Below are positions 21,116 to 30,387 of a DNA stretch of 64,000 bases, piece after piece. The stretch is from assembly GCA_964453345.1 (NCBI GenBank), contig CAYVOC010000003.1:1-64000 (forward strand), given 5' to 3'. Under the pieces are notes generated by a model. The model was not told the DNA's origin. It made no database searches and saw only the letters and a program-made list of their open reading frames with translations. This stretch comes from an uncultured Aquificales bacterium. GTDB lineage: Bacteria > Thermosulfidibacterota > Thermosulfidibacteria > Thermosulfidibacterales > Thermosulfidibacteraceae. The translations under genes were made by a program, and so were the position numbers. Numbering within the stretch: the stretch's first letter is position 1; the number at the start of each line of letters is the position of its first letter.

Positions 21116-21343
21116 GTGGTTGTGCGGGATAAGGTGAAGGAGGCCATCGATAAGATAAGGCCCTATCTGCAGGCGGATGGGGGTGATATTGAGCTGGTTG
21201 AGGTTGGGGAGGACGGGGTTGTCAAGGTGAGGCTGACGGGTGCCTGTAGTGGGTGTCCCTTCGCCCAGATAACCCTCAAGCAGGGCGTGGAGGCGGCTCT
21301 TAAAAAGATGGTTCCGGAAGTTAAGGAGGTGGTGGCGATTTAG
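21116..21343 (+). CDS. NifU/NfuA C-terminal-domain Fe-S carrier protein
   Basis: IRPYLQADGGDIELV...LTGACSGCP...TLKQGVE. GTG start after GGAGG. Confidence 0.92.
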   Translation: MVVRDKVKEAIDKIRPYLQADGGDIELVEVGEDGVVKVRLTGACSGCPFAQITLKQGVEAALKKMVPEVKEVVAI

Positions 21344-21345
21344 AG

Positions 21346-22173
21346 GTGCTCAGGGAGCTTGTTAGAAACAGGCTTGCCCTTTTGGGACTTGTTATAGTTG
21401 TGACGGTTGTTCTTGTGGCCGTGTTTGCTCCGTGGATAGCACCCTACGATTACGCCAAAATAGATCCCAAGGCGGTTCTTATGCCTCCCTCTTTTAAGCA
21501 TCCCTTCGGAACCGATCAGCTGGGCAGGGATGTCCTGAGCAGGATCATATGGGGGGCGAGGGTTTCCGTTGAGGTTGGAGTGGTTTCTGTGGGCATAGCG
21601 TGTCTTGTGGGAACGGTTGTGGGGGCCGTTGCGGGTTATTTTGGCGGATGGGTTGACGAATTGATTATGAGGTTTGTGGATATAATGCTCTGCTTTCCAA
21701 CCTTCTTTCTGATACTTGCGGTTATATCCGTTCTTGAGCCGAGCATCATAAATATAATGGTTGTCATTGGACTTACGTCCTGGATGGGGGTTGCGAGGCT
21801 CGTCAGGGCCGAGGTGCTCTCCTTGAGAGAGAGGGAGTTTGTGCTGTCGGCCAAGATCTCCGGGGTTCCTCACTGGAGGATAATTGTCAGGCATATAATC
21901 CCTAATTCAATGGGTCCTGTGCTTGTTGCCGCCACCTTGGGAGTTGGATCGGCCATTCTTACGGAGAGCGCACTCAGTTTTTTGGGGATAGGGGTTCAGC
22001 CTCCCACCCCCAGCTGGGGAAGTATCCTCGCCCTCGGTAAGGATACCATACAGGTCGCCTGGTGGTTGTCCTTCTTCCCCGGCTGTGCGATTCTCATAAC
22101 CGTTTTAGGATACAACCTTCTTGGGGAGGGATTGAGGGATCTTCTCGATCCGAGACTCAGGGGAGTGGAGTAG
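21346..22173 (+). CDS. Peptide/nickel ABC transporter permease (OppC/DppC type)
   Basis: HPFGTDQLGRDVLSRIIWGAR, ARLVRAEVLSLREREFV, HIIPN, ESALSFLGIG, PSWG, GEGLRDLLDPR. Confidence 0.93.
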   Translation: MLRELVRNRLALLGLVIVVTVVLVAVFAPWIAPYDYAKIDPKAVLMPPSFKHPFGTDQLGRDVLSRIIWGARVSVEVGVVSVGIACLVGTVVGAVAGYFGGWVDELIMRFVDIMLCFPTFFLILAVISVLEPSIINIMVVIGLTSWMGVARLVRAEVLSLREREFVLSAKISGVPHWRIIVRHIIPNSMGPVLVAATLGVGSAILTESALSFLGIGVQPPTPSWGSILALGKDTIQVAWWLSFFPGCAILITVLGYNLLGEGLRDLLDPRLRGVE

Positions 22174-22922
22174 TGGTTTGGGTTCTGTTTCTGGTTGTGC
22201 TTCTCTCTTCCTGTGCTCAGCCTGAGCCGCAAATCTCTGTCAAATCCCCCCTTGAGGAGAGATACGGCTATCAGCTTAACGTGGTGAAGGGCTATATAGT
22301 GGCGGGTGACTTCAACAGGGCGAGGATAGAGGCGGTGAAGCTCCTCAAAATCAAAAGGACCCCTGAAGCCTACAACCTCCTTGGGCTTGCCTACATGGGT
22401 CTGGGGGAGATGGAGGAAGCTGAAAGGGCCTTCAGGATGGCGGTAAAGCTCGACGACGGCTACTCAACTGCCTGGACGAATCTGTCCGCCTGCTACCTGA
22501 AAAAGGGGCGTTATGAGGAGGCCCTCAGGGCGGCCTCTATGGCCCTTGCCAATCCCATGTATATGAACCCGGAGAAGGCCTATCTGAACATGGCCGAGGC
22601 CTATTTCGGGATGGGTAAGGACGAGGAGGCCCTGCGCGCTCTGGAGAAGGCCATAAGGTATAATGTTGGCTTCGCTCCGGCGTATGAGAGGTTGCTGAAG
22701 TATTACGTTGAGAGGGGAGAGATCGGTGAGGCGAAAAACGTTCTTTATGATGCCGAGGCTGCGGGGGTGGATAGTCCCGGTGTCAATTTTTATAAGGCGC
22801 TTATACTTATTAGAGAGGGGAAGGTGCTTGAGGCTAAGGCCATACTCAAGGGCATTTTGAGGGATTACCCCTTAACCACCTGGGCGAAGAGGGCTCTTGA
22901 GTATCTGGAGAGCATAGAATGA
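22173..22922 (+). CDS. TPR lipoprotein, PilF/PilW (type IV pilus pilotin)-like
   Basis: Lipobox LSSC; TPRs AYNLLGLAY, AWTNLSACY, NPMY.NPEKAYLNM. GTG start overlapping the permease stop. Lies upstream of rodZ, like pilW. Confidence 0.7.
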   Translation: MVWVLFLVVLLSSCAQPEPQISVKSPLEERYGYQLNVVKGYIVAGDFNRARIEAVKLLKIKRTPEAYNLLGLAYMGLGEMEEAERAFRMAVKLDDGYSTAWTNLSACYLKKGRYEEALRAASMALANPMYMNPEKAYLNMAEAYFGMGKDEEALRALEKAIRYNVGFAPAYERLLKYYVERGEIGEAKNVLYDAEAAGVDSPGVNFYKALILIREGKVLEAKAILKGILRDYPLTTWAKRALEYLESIE

Positions 22923-23818
22923 GTCTGTATTTGGAGAATCTCAATCGCCTGAAGGAGAGGGCCGAGGAGCTGGAGGCCATATATGAGTCCTGCGAGCTCT
23001 GCCCGAGAAGATGCGGGGTGAACAGGCACAGGGAGCTCGGCTACTGTAAAGCCCCGTCTCAGCTCGTTATCTCCTCGTGGGGTCCCCACTTCGGCGAGGA
23101 GCCTCCCCTTGTGGGACTGGGTGGATCGGGCACCATATTCTTCACCTACTGCAACCTTCTATGTGTTTTCTGTCAGAACTACGAAATATCCCATTTGGGC
23201 TATGGGGAGGTGTGCACGGAGGCGGAGCTTGCCGATATCATGCTTGCGCTGCAGAGAAGGGGATGTCACAATATAAACTTGGTGACCCCGACCCATTACC
23301 TTCCCGGAATACTTAAGGCCCTCTATATCGCTGCAGGCAAGGGTCTGTCCCTGCCGGTTGTGTATAACTGCGGCGGTTACGAGAATCCGGAGATTATAGA
23401 AAGGCTGGAGGGCATCATAGACATCTACATGCCGGATGTGAAGTTCCTTTCTACAGAGTCATCCAGAAGGTATATGAATGCTCCGGATTACCCCGAGGTT
23501 GTAACCCGGGCTGTCAGGATCATGCACTCTCAGGTAGGGGATCTTGTGGGTGAAGGGGGGATAGCCAAAAGGGGCCTTATAATAAGACACCTTGTTATGC
23601 CCAATCACCTTGAGGATTCAAAAAAGGTGGTGGATTTCGTGGCCTCCCTTTCACCTAACACTTACTTCAACATAATGTTTCAGTATCGACCCCTTTATAG
23701 GGCGGGGGAGTATCCGGAAATTGCCAGAAGGCCCTATCTTTGGGAATATGAAGAGGTGGTGAAGTATGCATTGAGCCGGGGACTCAGGAGGGGATTCGGT
23801 GGAAGAGAGACCCTGTGA
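22919..23818 (+). CDS. Radical SAM protein, PflX-like
   Basis: CELCPRRCGVNR, HFGEEPPL.G..GSGTIFF, CNLLCVFCQN (CxxxCxxC), NINLVTPTH, DIYMPD.K, GLIIRHLVMP. Confidence 0.9.
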   Translation: MSLYLENLNRLKERAEELEAIYESCELCPRRCGVNRHRELGYCKAPSQLVISSWGPHFGEEPPLVGLGGSGTIFFTYCNLLCVFCQNYEISHLGYGEVCTEAELADIMLALQRRGCHNINLVTPTHYLPGILKALYIAAGKGLSLPVVYNCGGYENPEIIERLEGIIDIYMPDVKFLSTESSRRYMNAPDYPEVVTRAVRIMHSQVGDLVGEGGIAKRGLIIRHLVMPNHLEDSKKVVDFVASLSPNTYFNIMFQYRPLYRAGEYPEIARRPYLWEYEEVVKYALSRGLRRGFGGRETL

Positions 23819-24545
23819 GGAAAGGATAGAGCAGCTTTTCCGCGAGATAGAGAACAGGTTTGGAAGCCTTGAGGCCTTCGCTGATTCTGCCAATGTTCCG
23901 GTTTCGTTCCTTGAGGCCCTGAGGGATGGAAGGTGGGATGAACTTCCCGAGGCGGTGTATGTGAGGGCCTTCCTGAAAAAGGTGGCAAAGGTATTGGGGT
24001 GGGATGAAGAGGAGCTGGTTTCCATATTTTCGGATTGCGTTTGCAAGAGGCAGGTCTCCACGGAGATAGAGGAGGTTCCGGTTAAGAGATCCGGTGGTCT
24101 GGGGTTGTTCGGAAGAGGCGGGTGGATTTTTTTGATTGCTGTGCTTTTCTTTCTGGTTGGCGGCCTGGTTTACACTTACGTTTCCAGTTTGCCTAAGGAA
24201 CCCGTTCTGGAGAGGGTAGAGAGGCCCAAAACGGAGCCCGTTCCCCCTTCTGGCAACCTGTCGGAGCCGAGTCTGGACTACAAATACGAGGTGAAGCTGT
24301 TTTCCGCTAAGGGCAAAAGCTGGTATAGATGGGTCTCTCCAGGCTTCAGGGAGCAGGGGTTTATTCTGCCCGAAGGTAATAAGACCTTTGAGTGCTCCGC
24401 CAATAGCACCTGCTATCTAAAACTTGGGAAGCCTGAAGTCGTTGAAATAAAGTTTAATGATAAGTTGTGGCATTTTAAGGGCACCAAGCCCATTCTCTTG
24501 AGATTCGCCAATGGAACCATTGAGATTGTGAGAGGTGGATTGTGA
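23799..24545 (+). CDS. rodZ: RodZ-like protein (HTH, TM, DUF4115-like)
   Basis: FLEALRDG.WDELP..VYVRAFLKKVAKVLG HTH motif, single TM, beta-rich C-terminus (LKLGKP..VEI.FN). Confidence 0.75.
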   Translation: MEERPCEERIEQLFREIENRFGSLEAFADSANVPVSFLEALRDGRWDELPEAVYVRAFLKKVAKVLGWDEEELVSIFSDCVCKRQVSTEIEEVPVKRSGGLGLFGRGGWIFLIAVLFFLVGGLVYTYVSSLPKEPVLERVERPKTEPVPPSGNLSEPSLDYKYEVKLFSAKGKSWYRWVSPGFREQGFILPEGNKTFECSANSTCYLKLGKPEVVEIKFNDKLWHFKGTKPILLRFANGTIEIVRGGL

Positions 24546-26701
24546 CGGTCACAAATCGTTTGAGGATTGGTTTTGCTGTTATAGCTTTCTTTGCCTTTCT
24601 TTTAGGGTATATGGGGTTTGTGGGTGTCATGCACGTTAGGCACTCTTTTATGATTACAAAGACGTTAACGAGCATTCTATACCACGTTTCCATTTCAACA
24701 AGGGGAGAGATGCTATACATCATGAGCGGTGATAGGGGATACGAAAAGGAGGTTGAGAACGCCAATATGAACCTGCTTAAGTATGTCGAAAAGGCGGAAA
24801 ATGAACTAAAGAATGGCGATAACATAATGGAGATGCTGGCGCTGATTAGAAATGGACTTAGTCCCAATATAGAGGACATATTCCAGTCCGTTAGACTTTT
24901 TGTGAAAGTGGTTTCAGATCTGAATGCAAATATTGAAAGATTAAGATCCGATAAGCTCTCCATTGAGCTGAGTAAAAGATCTACTGCTCTTGCAAAGATC
25001 CTATTTCAAAAGGGATACGTTAGAGAGGCCATGGAGATAAAATATCTCGAGAAGTCCATACTTTCGGGATACGATCTTGATATGATTAAAGATATAGAAA
25101 AGATGCTCTCTGAAGTGATGCTCTCGGTAAATGATCCGCTTCTAAGGACAAAAATAAAGGATTATCTCGATCTTGTGAACAATATATCCCCTTTGGTGTC
25201 AGGTGTGGTTAATGGAATTGCAAAGTATAATGATATTTCAAATAAACTGTATAGAAACATATGGAGCGAGATAGGGGAACAGAAGGATTACATAGATAGA
25301 GCAATACTTTACACCATGTTTACGACAACCATTATCTTTTTGTTCCTGGTCTTTCTCCTCGGTGTCATCGGTTACACGTTAACCAGGCTTTTATCCCGCT
25401 ACTTCAATATTACCATAAGGACCCTTGATAGGGTGAGGAGGGGAGATTTCAGTAAGAAACTTGTCTATTCAGCTAAGGATGGTGAGTTTGGGATTATGGC
25501 GAAGGAGTATAACCAGATAATGGAGATGCTGAATGAGAATGTGGGATACATAATCGATATTTCAAAGGAGGTTCTGGGAAGCACGCTTGTTAAGATGTCG
25601 GTTTCTCAGGCTATTGAAGGGAATCCCCTCACCATGGCTCGCAGGGTGGTGGAGTCTCTCGTTGAGCTGAACAGATACAAGAGTGTTATAGAAAACGATT
25701 ATACCAAGGATGAAATATACAACCATCTGTGGATCGTTCTTAATGAGAGGTTCAATGTCAGCAGGGTTATAATACTGGAGCTGAACGAGAGCAAAAACAG
25801 GCTGGAACCGGTTTTGAAAAAGGGGCTTGGGGATGTTCCCATAGATGTTGTGGTCAATCCCAATATATGCCGGGCCAAAAGGACGGCCAGGGTGGTCAGC
25901 GCTTTGGATTTCAGAAGGATATGCGCCTATTCCGTTGAGGAGGAGGATCTCTTTTCCGTTTGTATTCCCATAATGATGGGTGGAGAGGTAAAGGGAATTG
26001 TGAAGATCGTTGAGGAGAAAAAGAACAGGGACAGGCTTTATAGAGATCTACCCTTTATAATCAAGTATGTTGAGACCACGGCGCCTGTTGTGTATGCGGC
26101 GAAGCTTCTTGAGATAACAAGGGAGCAGAGCCTGAAGGATAGTCTTACCGGACTCTACAACAGAAGATTTCTCGATTCTTACCTTGAAAAGTATCTCAGC
26201 TTCGCCGACAGGAAGGGCTTTGTTGTTGGTTTCATAATGATAGACATAGATAACTTCAAGAAGGTGAATGATACCTACGGGCACAAGAACGGGGATGTGG
26301 TTCTGAAGGAGGTGGCTCACGCCATTGTTTCCTCTGTGAGAGCCTCCGATGTGGTTATAAGATACGGCGGGGAGGAGTTTCTTGTGATTCTGCCGGATGT
26401 GGCTGAGGGCAAAACCGCACAGGTTGCGGAGAAGATAAGAAGGGCGGTGGAGATGACCTCGATACAGATAGAGGGAAAGGTTCTGCATGTGACCATAAGT
26501 TGCGGGGTCGCTGAGTATCCGAGGCATTCAAGGGATCCCTATCAGGTTATAAAATTTGCAGACATAGCTCTCTATAGAGCTAAGAAGACCGGCAAAAACA
26601 GAGTGGTGGTTTTTGATGAAAAGGAGATGGGGGATCTTCTTGCAGAGGCTTCCGGTGGAGCAACTCCTGATGAGAATATGGATAGTAACCCTCGCAGTTA
26701 A
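24542..26701 (+). CDS. Membrane diguanylate cyclase (TM-periplasmic-TM-HAMP-GAF-GGDEF)
   Basis: DSLTGLYNRR, DIDNFKKVNDTYGH..GD, I-site RASD, RYGGEEF, VTISCG, AD.ALYRAK..G.N; two N-terminal TMs and HAMP-like GEFG.MA..YN. Confidence 0.93.
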   Translation: MTVTNRLRIGFAVIAFFAFLLGYMGFVGVMHVRHSFMITKTLTSILYHVSISTRGEMLYIMSGDRGYEKEVENANMNLLKYVEKAENELKNGDNIMEMLALIRNGLSPNIEDIFQSVRLFVKVVSDLNANIERLRSDKLSIELSKRSTALAKILFQKGYVREAMEIKYLEKSILSGYDLDMIKDIEKMLSEVMLSVNDPLLRTKIKDYLDLVNNISPLVSGVVNGIAKYNDISNKLYRNIWSEIGEQKDYIDRAILYTMFTTTIIFLFLVFLLGVIGYTLTRLLSRYFNITIRTLDRVRRGDFSKKLVYSAKDGEFGIMAKEYNQIMEMLNENVGYIIDISKEVLGSTLVKMSVSQAIEGNPLTMARRVVESLVELNRYKSVIENDYTKDEIYNHLWIVLNERFNVSRVIILELNESKNRLEPVLKKGLGDVPIDVVVNPNICRAKRTARVVSALDFRRICAYSVEEEDLFSVCIPIMMGGEVKGIVKIVEEKKNRDRLYRDLPFIIKYVETTAPVVYAAKLLEITREQSLKDSLTGLYNRRFLDSYLEKYLSFADRKGFVVGFIMIDIDNFKKVNDTYGHKNGDVVLKEVAHAIVSSVRASDVVIRYGGEEFLVILPDVAEGKTAQVAEKIRRAVEMTSIQIEGKVLHVTISCGVAEYPRHSRDPYQVIKFADIALYRAKKTGKNRVVVFDEKEMGDLLAEASGGATPDENMDSNPRS

Positions 26702-28850
26702 TTTTATATGTTTTTCATTTGCCCGTGCTTCGCTTCTTAGATTCAACGCTAAGGTTCTTGTCCCGAAAAGCCTAAAAGCAAAGGTTTTTTCTCTGCCTGA
26801 AGTGGCTCTGCCTGAAGCTGGAGTGAGACTTAAAAATATACATGTGGATCTATCCAATGGAACCAGATTGACTGTAGCTCAGGTATTAATCGATATTAAA
26901 AGAGCCAAGGAATTTGCAAAGCTGTTCCCAGAATTGAAGAAAGATGTGGATAAGTTTCCTGTTGATAAAGGCAATGTTTTTCTGAATGGACTTGTTTTGA
27001 TTCAGAATAAGAAAGAGATTAGAGCTGTTGTCAACAGAGTGTTTGTTAATAAAAGTGATTTAGGTAATTTTACCGTAAGTGATATAGTGGTTATTGCAAA
27101 TAATTCAAGGTTCACCTTCACGGCTTCTTCAGTTAAATCTGACGATTTAAAGGTTAAGGATTTGCTGTTCAGCAAGATCTCCAATGGGATTAAAGTCTCC
27201 ACCTCTGACCTATATGTGAGGGTTTCTTACATTATTCCTGTTGTAAAAAAGTTCTTCCCTGAGTTGTATAAAAACGCGATTGATAAGGTTAAAAACTTTT
27301 TATCTATAAGATACGAGGATTTGAAATTTGGTGGATTTATTTCTATTAAAGGGTTGAATGCTACTGTGGATAATGAAACTGCAAATGTAACGGCCTTGGC
27401 AAGTGTTGATGCTCTTTCCCTTTCCGATAATGGCAGCAGAGAGATGTTAAGTCTCAACGCCACTGCTTTCATCAATAAAGTGGGTAAATCTGTAAAGATT
27501 GGTAGGGGTAAGTTTCAGCTGAAAGTCAGCAGGATTTCTCTTAAACCCGCTAATATTTCTTTGTCATTGGCCGATGGTAGAATAGCATCGGATAACTTTT
27601 CGGTGATGGTGGGTGGTAACTCTACAAGATTTGTTTTTCCCGTTGTAGTTTCGGGTCTTAAGATTGACATTTCAGGTAAGGATTTTGCAGAGAAGTTTAG
27701 AGTGAAGAAGCTTTCCTTTGTTGCTTCAGGTAGCCATCCTGGCAGGATTGATGTAAAGAGCGTTGCTGCTGAAATTTTCCAAGGTAAAAGTGGCCGTATA
27801 ATGCTAACCGGGGATTTTAAAGTGCCTGAAGATCCAAGAAATGTTCTGTTTGGTGAATACAACTTTGATGCGAAAGTCAATAATGTTTCTTTTAGAGATC
27901 TGCTCTTAGAAAATCTTTCTTTAGTATCCAAGGGGTGCGTTGTGAATTTCTCGTCGGCCTTGATGTTTTCTGGGAGAAAGATAGAGGCTTCGGGTGAAGT
28001 GAAGAGGGAGGTGGCTGGTAGAAGCATAGATCTGTATATCCCCGTGGTCAGGGTTTTTGGTTCTGGCCAGATCAAGAAAAAAGGTTCTTCCGGGAAGAAG
28101 GCATCAAGCAAGGGCCCTGAGGCGAAGGAAAAATTTGACTTTTCTGGTCTGAAGACAGTGGGTAATTACGTTGATAAGTTGAGAGTGAGGGTTAACCATG
28201 TGGAAGTTCAGGGGTTGGCACCCTTGACAGGTGTGGAGGCTGTTGTTGTGTTCAGGAATGGAGGTGCGGAGTTTTCCGGCGGGGGGGACTACTGCCACAT
28301 CTCCTTTGGCTTTTCTGGTGCCGCAGAGGGGAAGTCTCATCTTCAGGTCTCCTTGGGCCTCAACGTTATCTCGGGGCCTGTGGATTCGGTTCTCTCATGC
28401 TTTGTCAAGAGGGCGCCTGTTTATGTTAAGGGCACTCTGCATCTTGACAGTGATCTGGAAACGGAAGGAGAGTCCCCGGATGAGCTAAAAAAGAACCTGA
28501 ATTTTAAGGTTCTTATCAATATCAGAAACGGGACCATTTTGAAGTTGTCGAATATCGATAAAAGGCTAAGGTGGTTTCTTGATATTCTTGAGATGGTTAG
28601 GCTTAAGAAAGAGGGCTTGTTACACGACGCTATAGCCTTTGATAGAATGGACGCTTACTTGAGCGGTGGATTGTCTGATGCGGAGTTAAAGAGGTTTTCT
28701 CTCTTTTCCTCCAACTTGAAGATGAACATCTTTCTTACCGGAAAGCTGAGGTTCTGGCCCAAGTTTGAGAAATGCTTGAGGGGCAAAGTTAAAACCTATA
28801 TACTGGAGAAAAATGTGGAGGTGTGTGATAGGTCTTACAAAAAACATTAG
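26670..28850 (+). CDS. Large beta-rich exported protein, AsmA/bridge-like candidate
   Basis: N-terminal hydrophobic signal MRIWIVTLAVNF; beta-strand-rich. The C-terminus (KGTL....DLE.EG.S...L..NL......I.NG, AIAFD.M, F.L.S..L.....TGK) resembles AsmA-like C-terminal regions. Start and family are uncertain. Confidence 0.55.
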   Translation: MRIWIVTLAVNFICFSFARASLLRFNAKVLVPKSLKAKVFSLPEVALPEAGVRLKNIHVDLSNGTRLTVAQVLIDIKRAKEFAKLFPELKKDVDKFPVDKGNVFLNGLVLIQNKKEIRAVVNRVFVNKSDLGNFTVSDIVVIANNSRFTFTASSVKSDDLKVKDLLFSKISNGIKVSTSDLYVRVSYIIPVVKKFFPELYKNAIDKVKNFLSIRYEDLKFGGFISIKGLNATVDNETANVTALASVDALSLSDNGSREMLSLNATAFINKVGKSVKIGRGKFQLKVSRISLKPANISLSLADGRIASDNFSVMVGGNSTRFVFPVVVSGLKIDISGKDFAEKFRVKKLSFVASGSHPGRIDVKSVAAEIFQGKSGRIMLTGDFKVPEDPRNVLFGEYNFDAKVNNVSFRDLLLENLSLVSKGCVVNFSSALMFSGRKIEASGEVKREVAGRSIDLYIPVVRVFGSGQIKKKGSSGKKASSKGPEAKEKFDFSGLKTVGNYVDKLRVRVNHVEVQGLAPLTGVEAVVVFRNGGAEFSGGGDYCHISFGFSGAAEGKSHLQVSLGLNVISGPVDSVLSCFVKRAPVYVKGTLHLDSDLETEGESPDELKKNLNFKVLINIRNGTILKLSNIDKRLRWFLDILEMVRLKKEGLLHDAIAFDRMDAYLSGGLSDAELKRFSLFSSNLKMNIFLTGKLRFWPKFEKCLRGKVKTYILEKNVEVCDRSYKKH

Positions 28851-30387
28851 ATCTGCCTGCCTCATCGCTTTTGCGATGCTCTTCTTCTGCTCTTTATCTG
28901 TTGCTCAGAACCTTCCGGTTGACGTTGAAACTGAGAGGCTTGCCAGGTGGTATATAAATTATGCGAGCTACCTCATAGATGTTGGTAAATATATGGAGGC
29001 TCTTGAGAACTACGAGACTGCCTATGAAATATCCAAGCATCCCAAAATAAAGGTAGAGGCCCTTTTAGGAAAGGCTATGTTGCTTGCCACCTTTCTTGAT
29101 GCTCCGGAGGCGGCCCTGAAGACCTACCGGTTGATTGCTGAAAAATATCCCGATAAGGCTGAGCTTGCCCTCTATAGGCAGGCCTTGCTTTTGTATCAGC
29201 TTGAGAGGTATTCCGAATCCAAAAGGGTCCTCTTGAAATATCAGAGAAGCTTTCCTTCAGGTAGATTCAGATTCCAGGTGGAAGCCCTTTTAAAGGAGAT
29301 TGAAAGGGCTGTTCCTGCAAAACCCAAACCTTCCAGGCCAGAGATGGAAAGGGTTCCGGTTCCCGTTCTCAGGGTTCGCATAGGCAGACCTACCAAAAGG
29401 GTGATTTTGGGCGCAAGGCGTCTTTGCATTAAGGAAAGGGGAATTTGCAGGAAAAGATTCGAGATCTATTTGAAGGGTAGTTCCCTTTACGAGGAGACAC
29501 TGGGAGATTTGGGGAGAAAGCTCTGCTTTTCCTCTCAAACTCCAATAAAAGTGGTGTCCCAGAGGGTTAAAAAAAGACTGAGGGGAGATGTGTGTCTTTC
29601 CATATACAGGGGCAGAATACTTATCGTTAACTGGGTGGATATAGAAAGCTACCTGCTCTCTGTGGTTCCCTCCGAATCCATAGCATCCTGGCCCATAGAG
29701 TCCCTCAAGGCGCAGGCCGTGGCGTCCAGGACCTATGCCTACTATCAGAAGCTTCACAGGAAAAACAGGGCCTATGATCTCGTGGATAACGAAGGGGATC
29801 AGGCCTATGGAGGAGTCGATAGGGAGCATCCACGGGCTACAAGGGCTGTTAGAGAGACGAAGGGACAGATCCTTGTGTATAACAAAAGGCCTATACTTGC
29901 CATGTTTTCAGCAAACAGCGGTGGATACACTGCGGATCCCAAGGCTGTTTTTGACTTGAAGAAGCCCTATCTTGTGGCAAAGCCGGATCCGGAAAGCTTG
30001 AAGGGGAAGATGGCTAAATGGAAAAGGCGTTTCACCGTTGGGGAGGTTGAGAGAAGGTTAAACCGCATAGGCATAAAAGTTAGGGGACTTGTCAGCATAG
30101 AGCCTGCGGTTCTTGGCCCTTCTGGAAGGGTGGTAAAGGTGAGGATTGTGGATTCAAGGGGTAGCAGAGTGTTGAGAACAAGGACCACTTTGAGAAGGGC
30201 GCTGCGTCTTCCGGATATTCTCATGAAGATTTACAAAAATGGAGATGAGTTTATATTTGTAGGTAGGGGATTTGGGCACGGAGTGGGTTATTCCCAGTGG
30301 GGATCCGCCTATATGGGCAAGAAAAAGAGTTACAGGGATATACTGAAGTTTTATTATCCCAATACCTATCTGGTAAAGCTGTGGTGA
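28813..30387 (+). CDS. TPR + SpoIID/LytB-domain peptidoglycan hydrolase
   Basis: Signal peptide, N-terminal TPRs, then VN.VDIESYL.SVVPSE...WP.E.LKAQAVASRTYA, DQAYGG, GRGFGHGVG.SQWG, Y.DIL.FYYP (SpoIID signature). Confidence 0.9.
   Translation: MWRCVIGLTKNIRSACLIAFAMLFFCSLSVAQNLPVDVETERLARWYINYASYLIDVGKYMEALENYETAYEISKHPKIKVEALLGKAMLLATFLDAPEAALKTYRLIAEKYPDKAELALYRQALLLYQLERYSESKRVLLKYQRSFPSGRFRFQVEALLKEIERAVPAKPKPSRPEMERVPVPVLRVRIGRPTKRVILGARRLCIKERGICRKRFEIYLKGSSLYEETLGDLGRKLCFSSQTPIKVVSQRVKKRLRGDVCLSIYRGRILIVNWVDIESYLLSVVPSESIASWPIESLKAQAVASRTYAYYQKLHRKNRAYDLVDNEGDQAYGGVDREHPRATRAVRETKGQILVYNKRPILAMFSANSGGYTADPKAVFDLKKPYLVAKPDPESLKGKMAKWKRRFTVGEVERRLNRIGIKVRGLVSIEPAVLGPSGRVVKVRIVDSRGSRVLRTRTTLRRALRLPDILMKIYKNGDEFIFVGRGFGHGVGYSQWGSAYMGKKKSYRDILKFYYPNTYLVKLW

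Noticed and set aside
28813-30387. Sporulation locus suggested by the SpoIID domain
   Set aside because: No other sporulation genes, and the context is diderm. SpoIID/LytB domains are widespread in non-sporulating bacteria.
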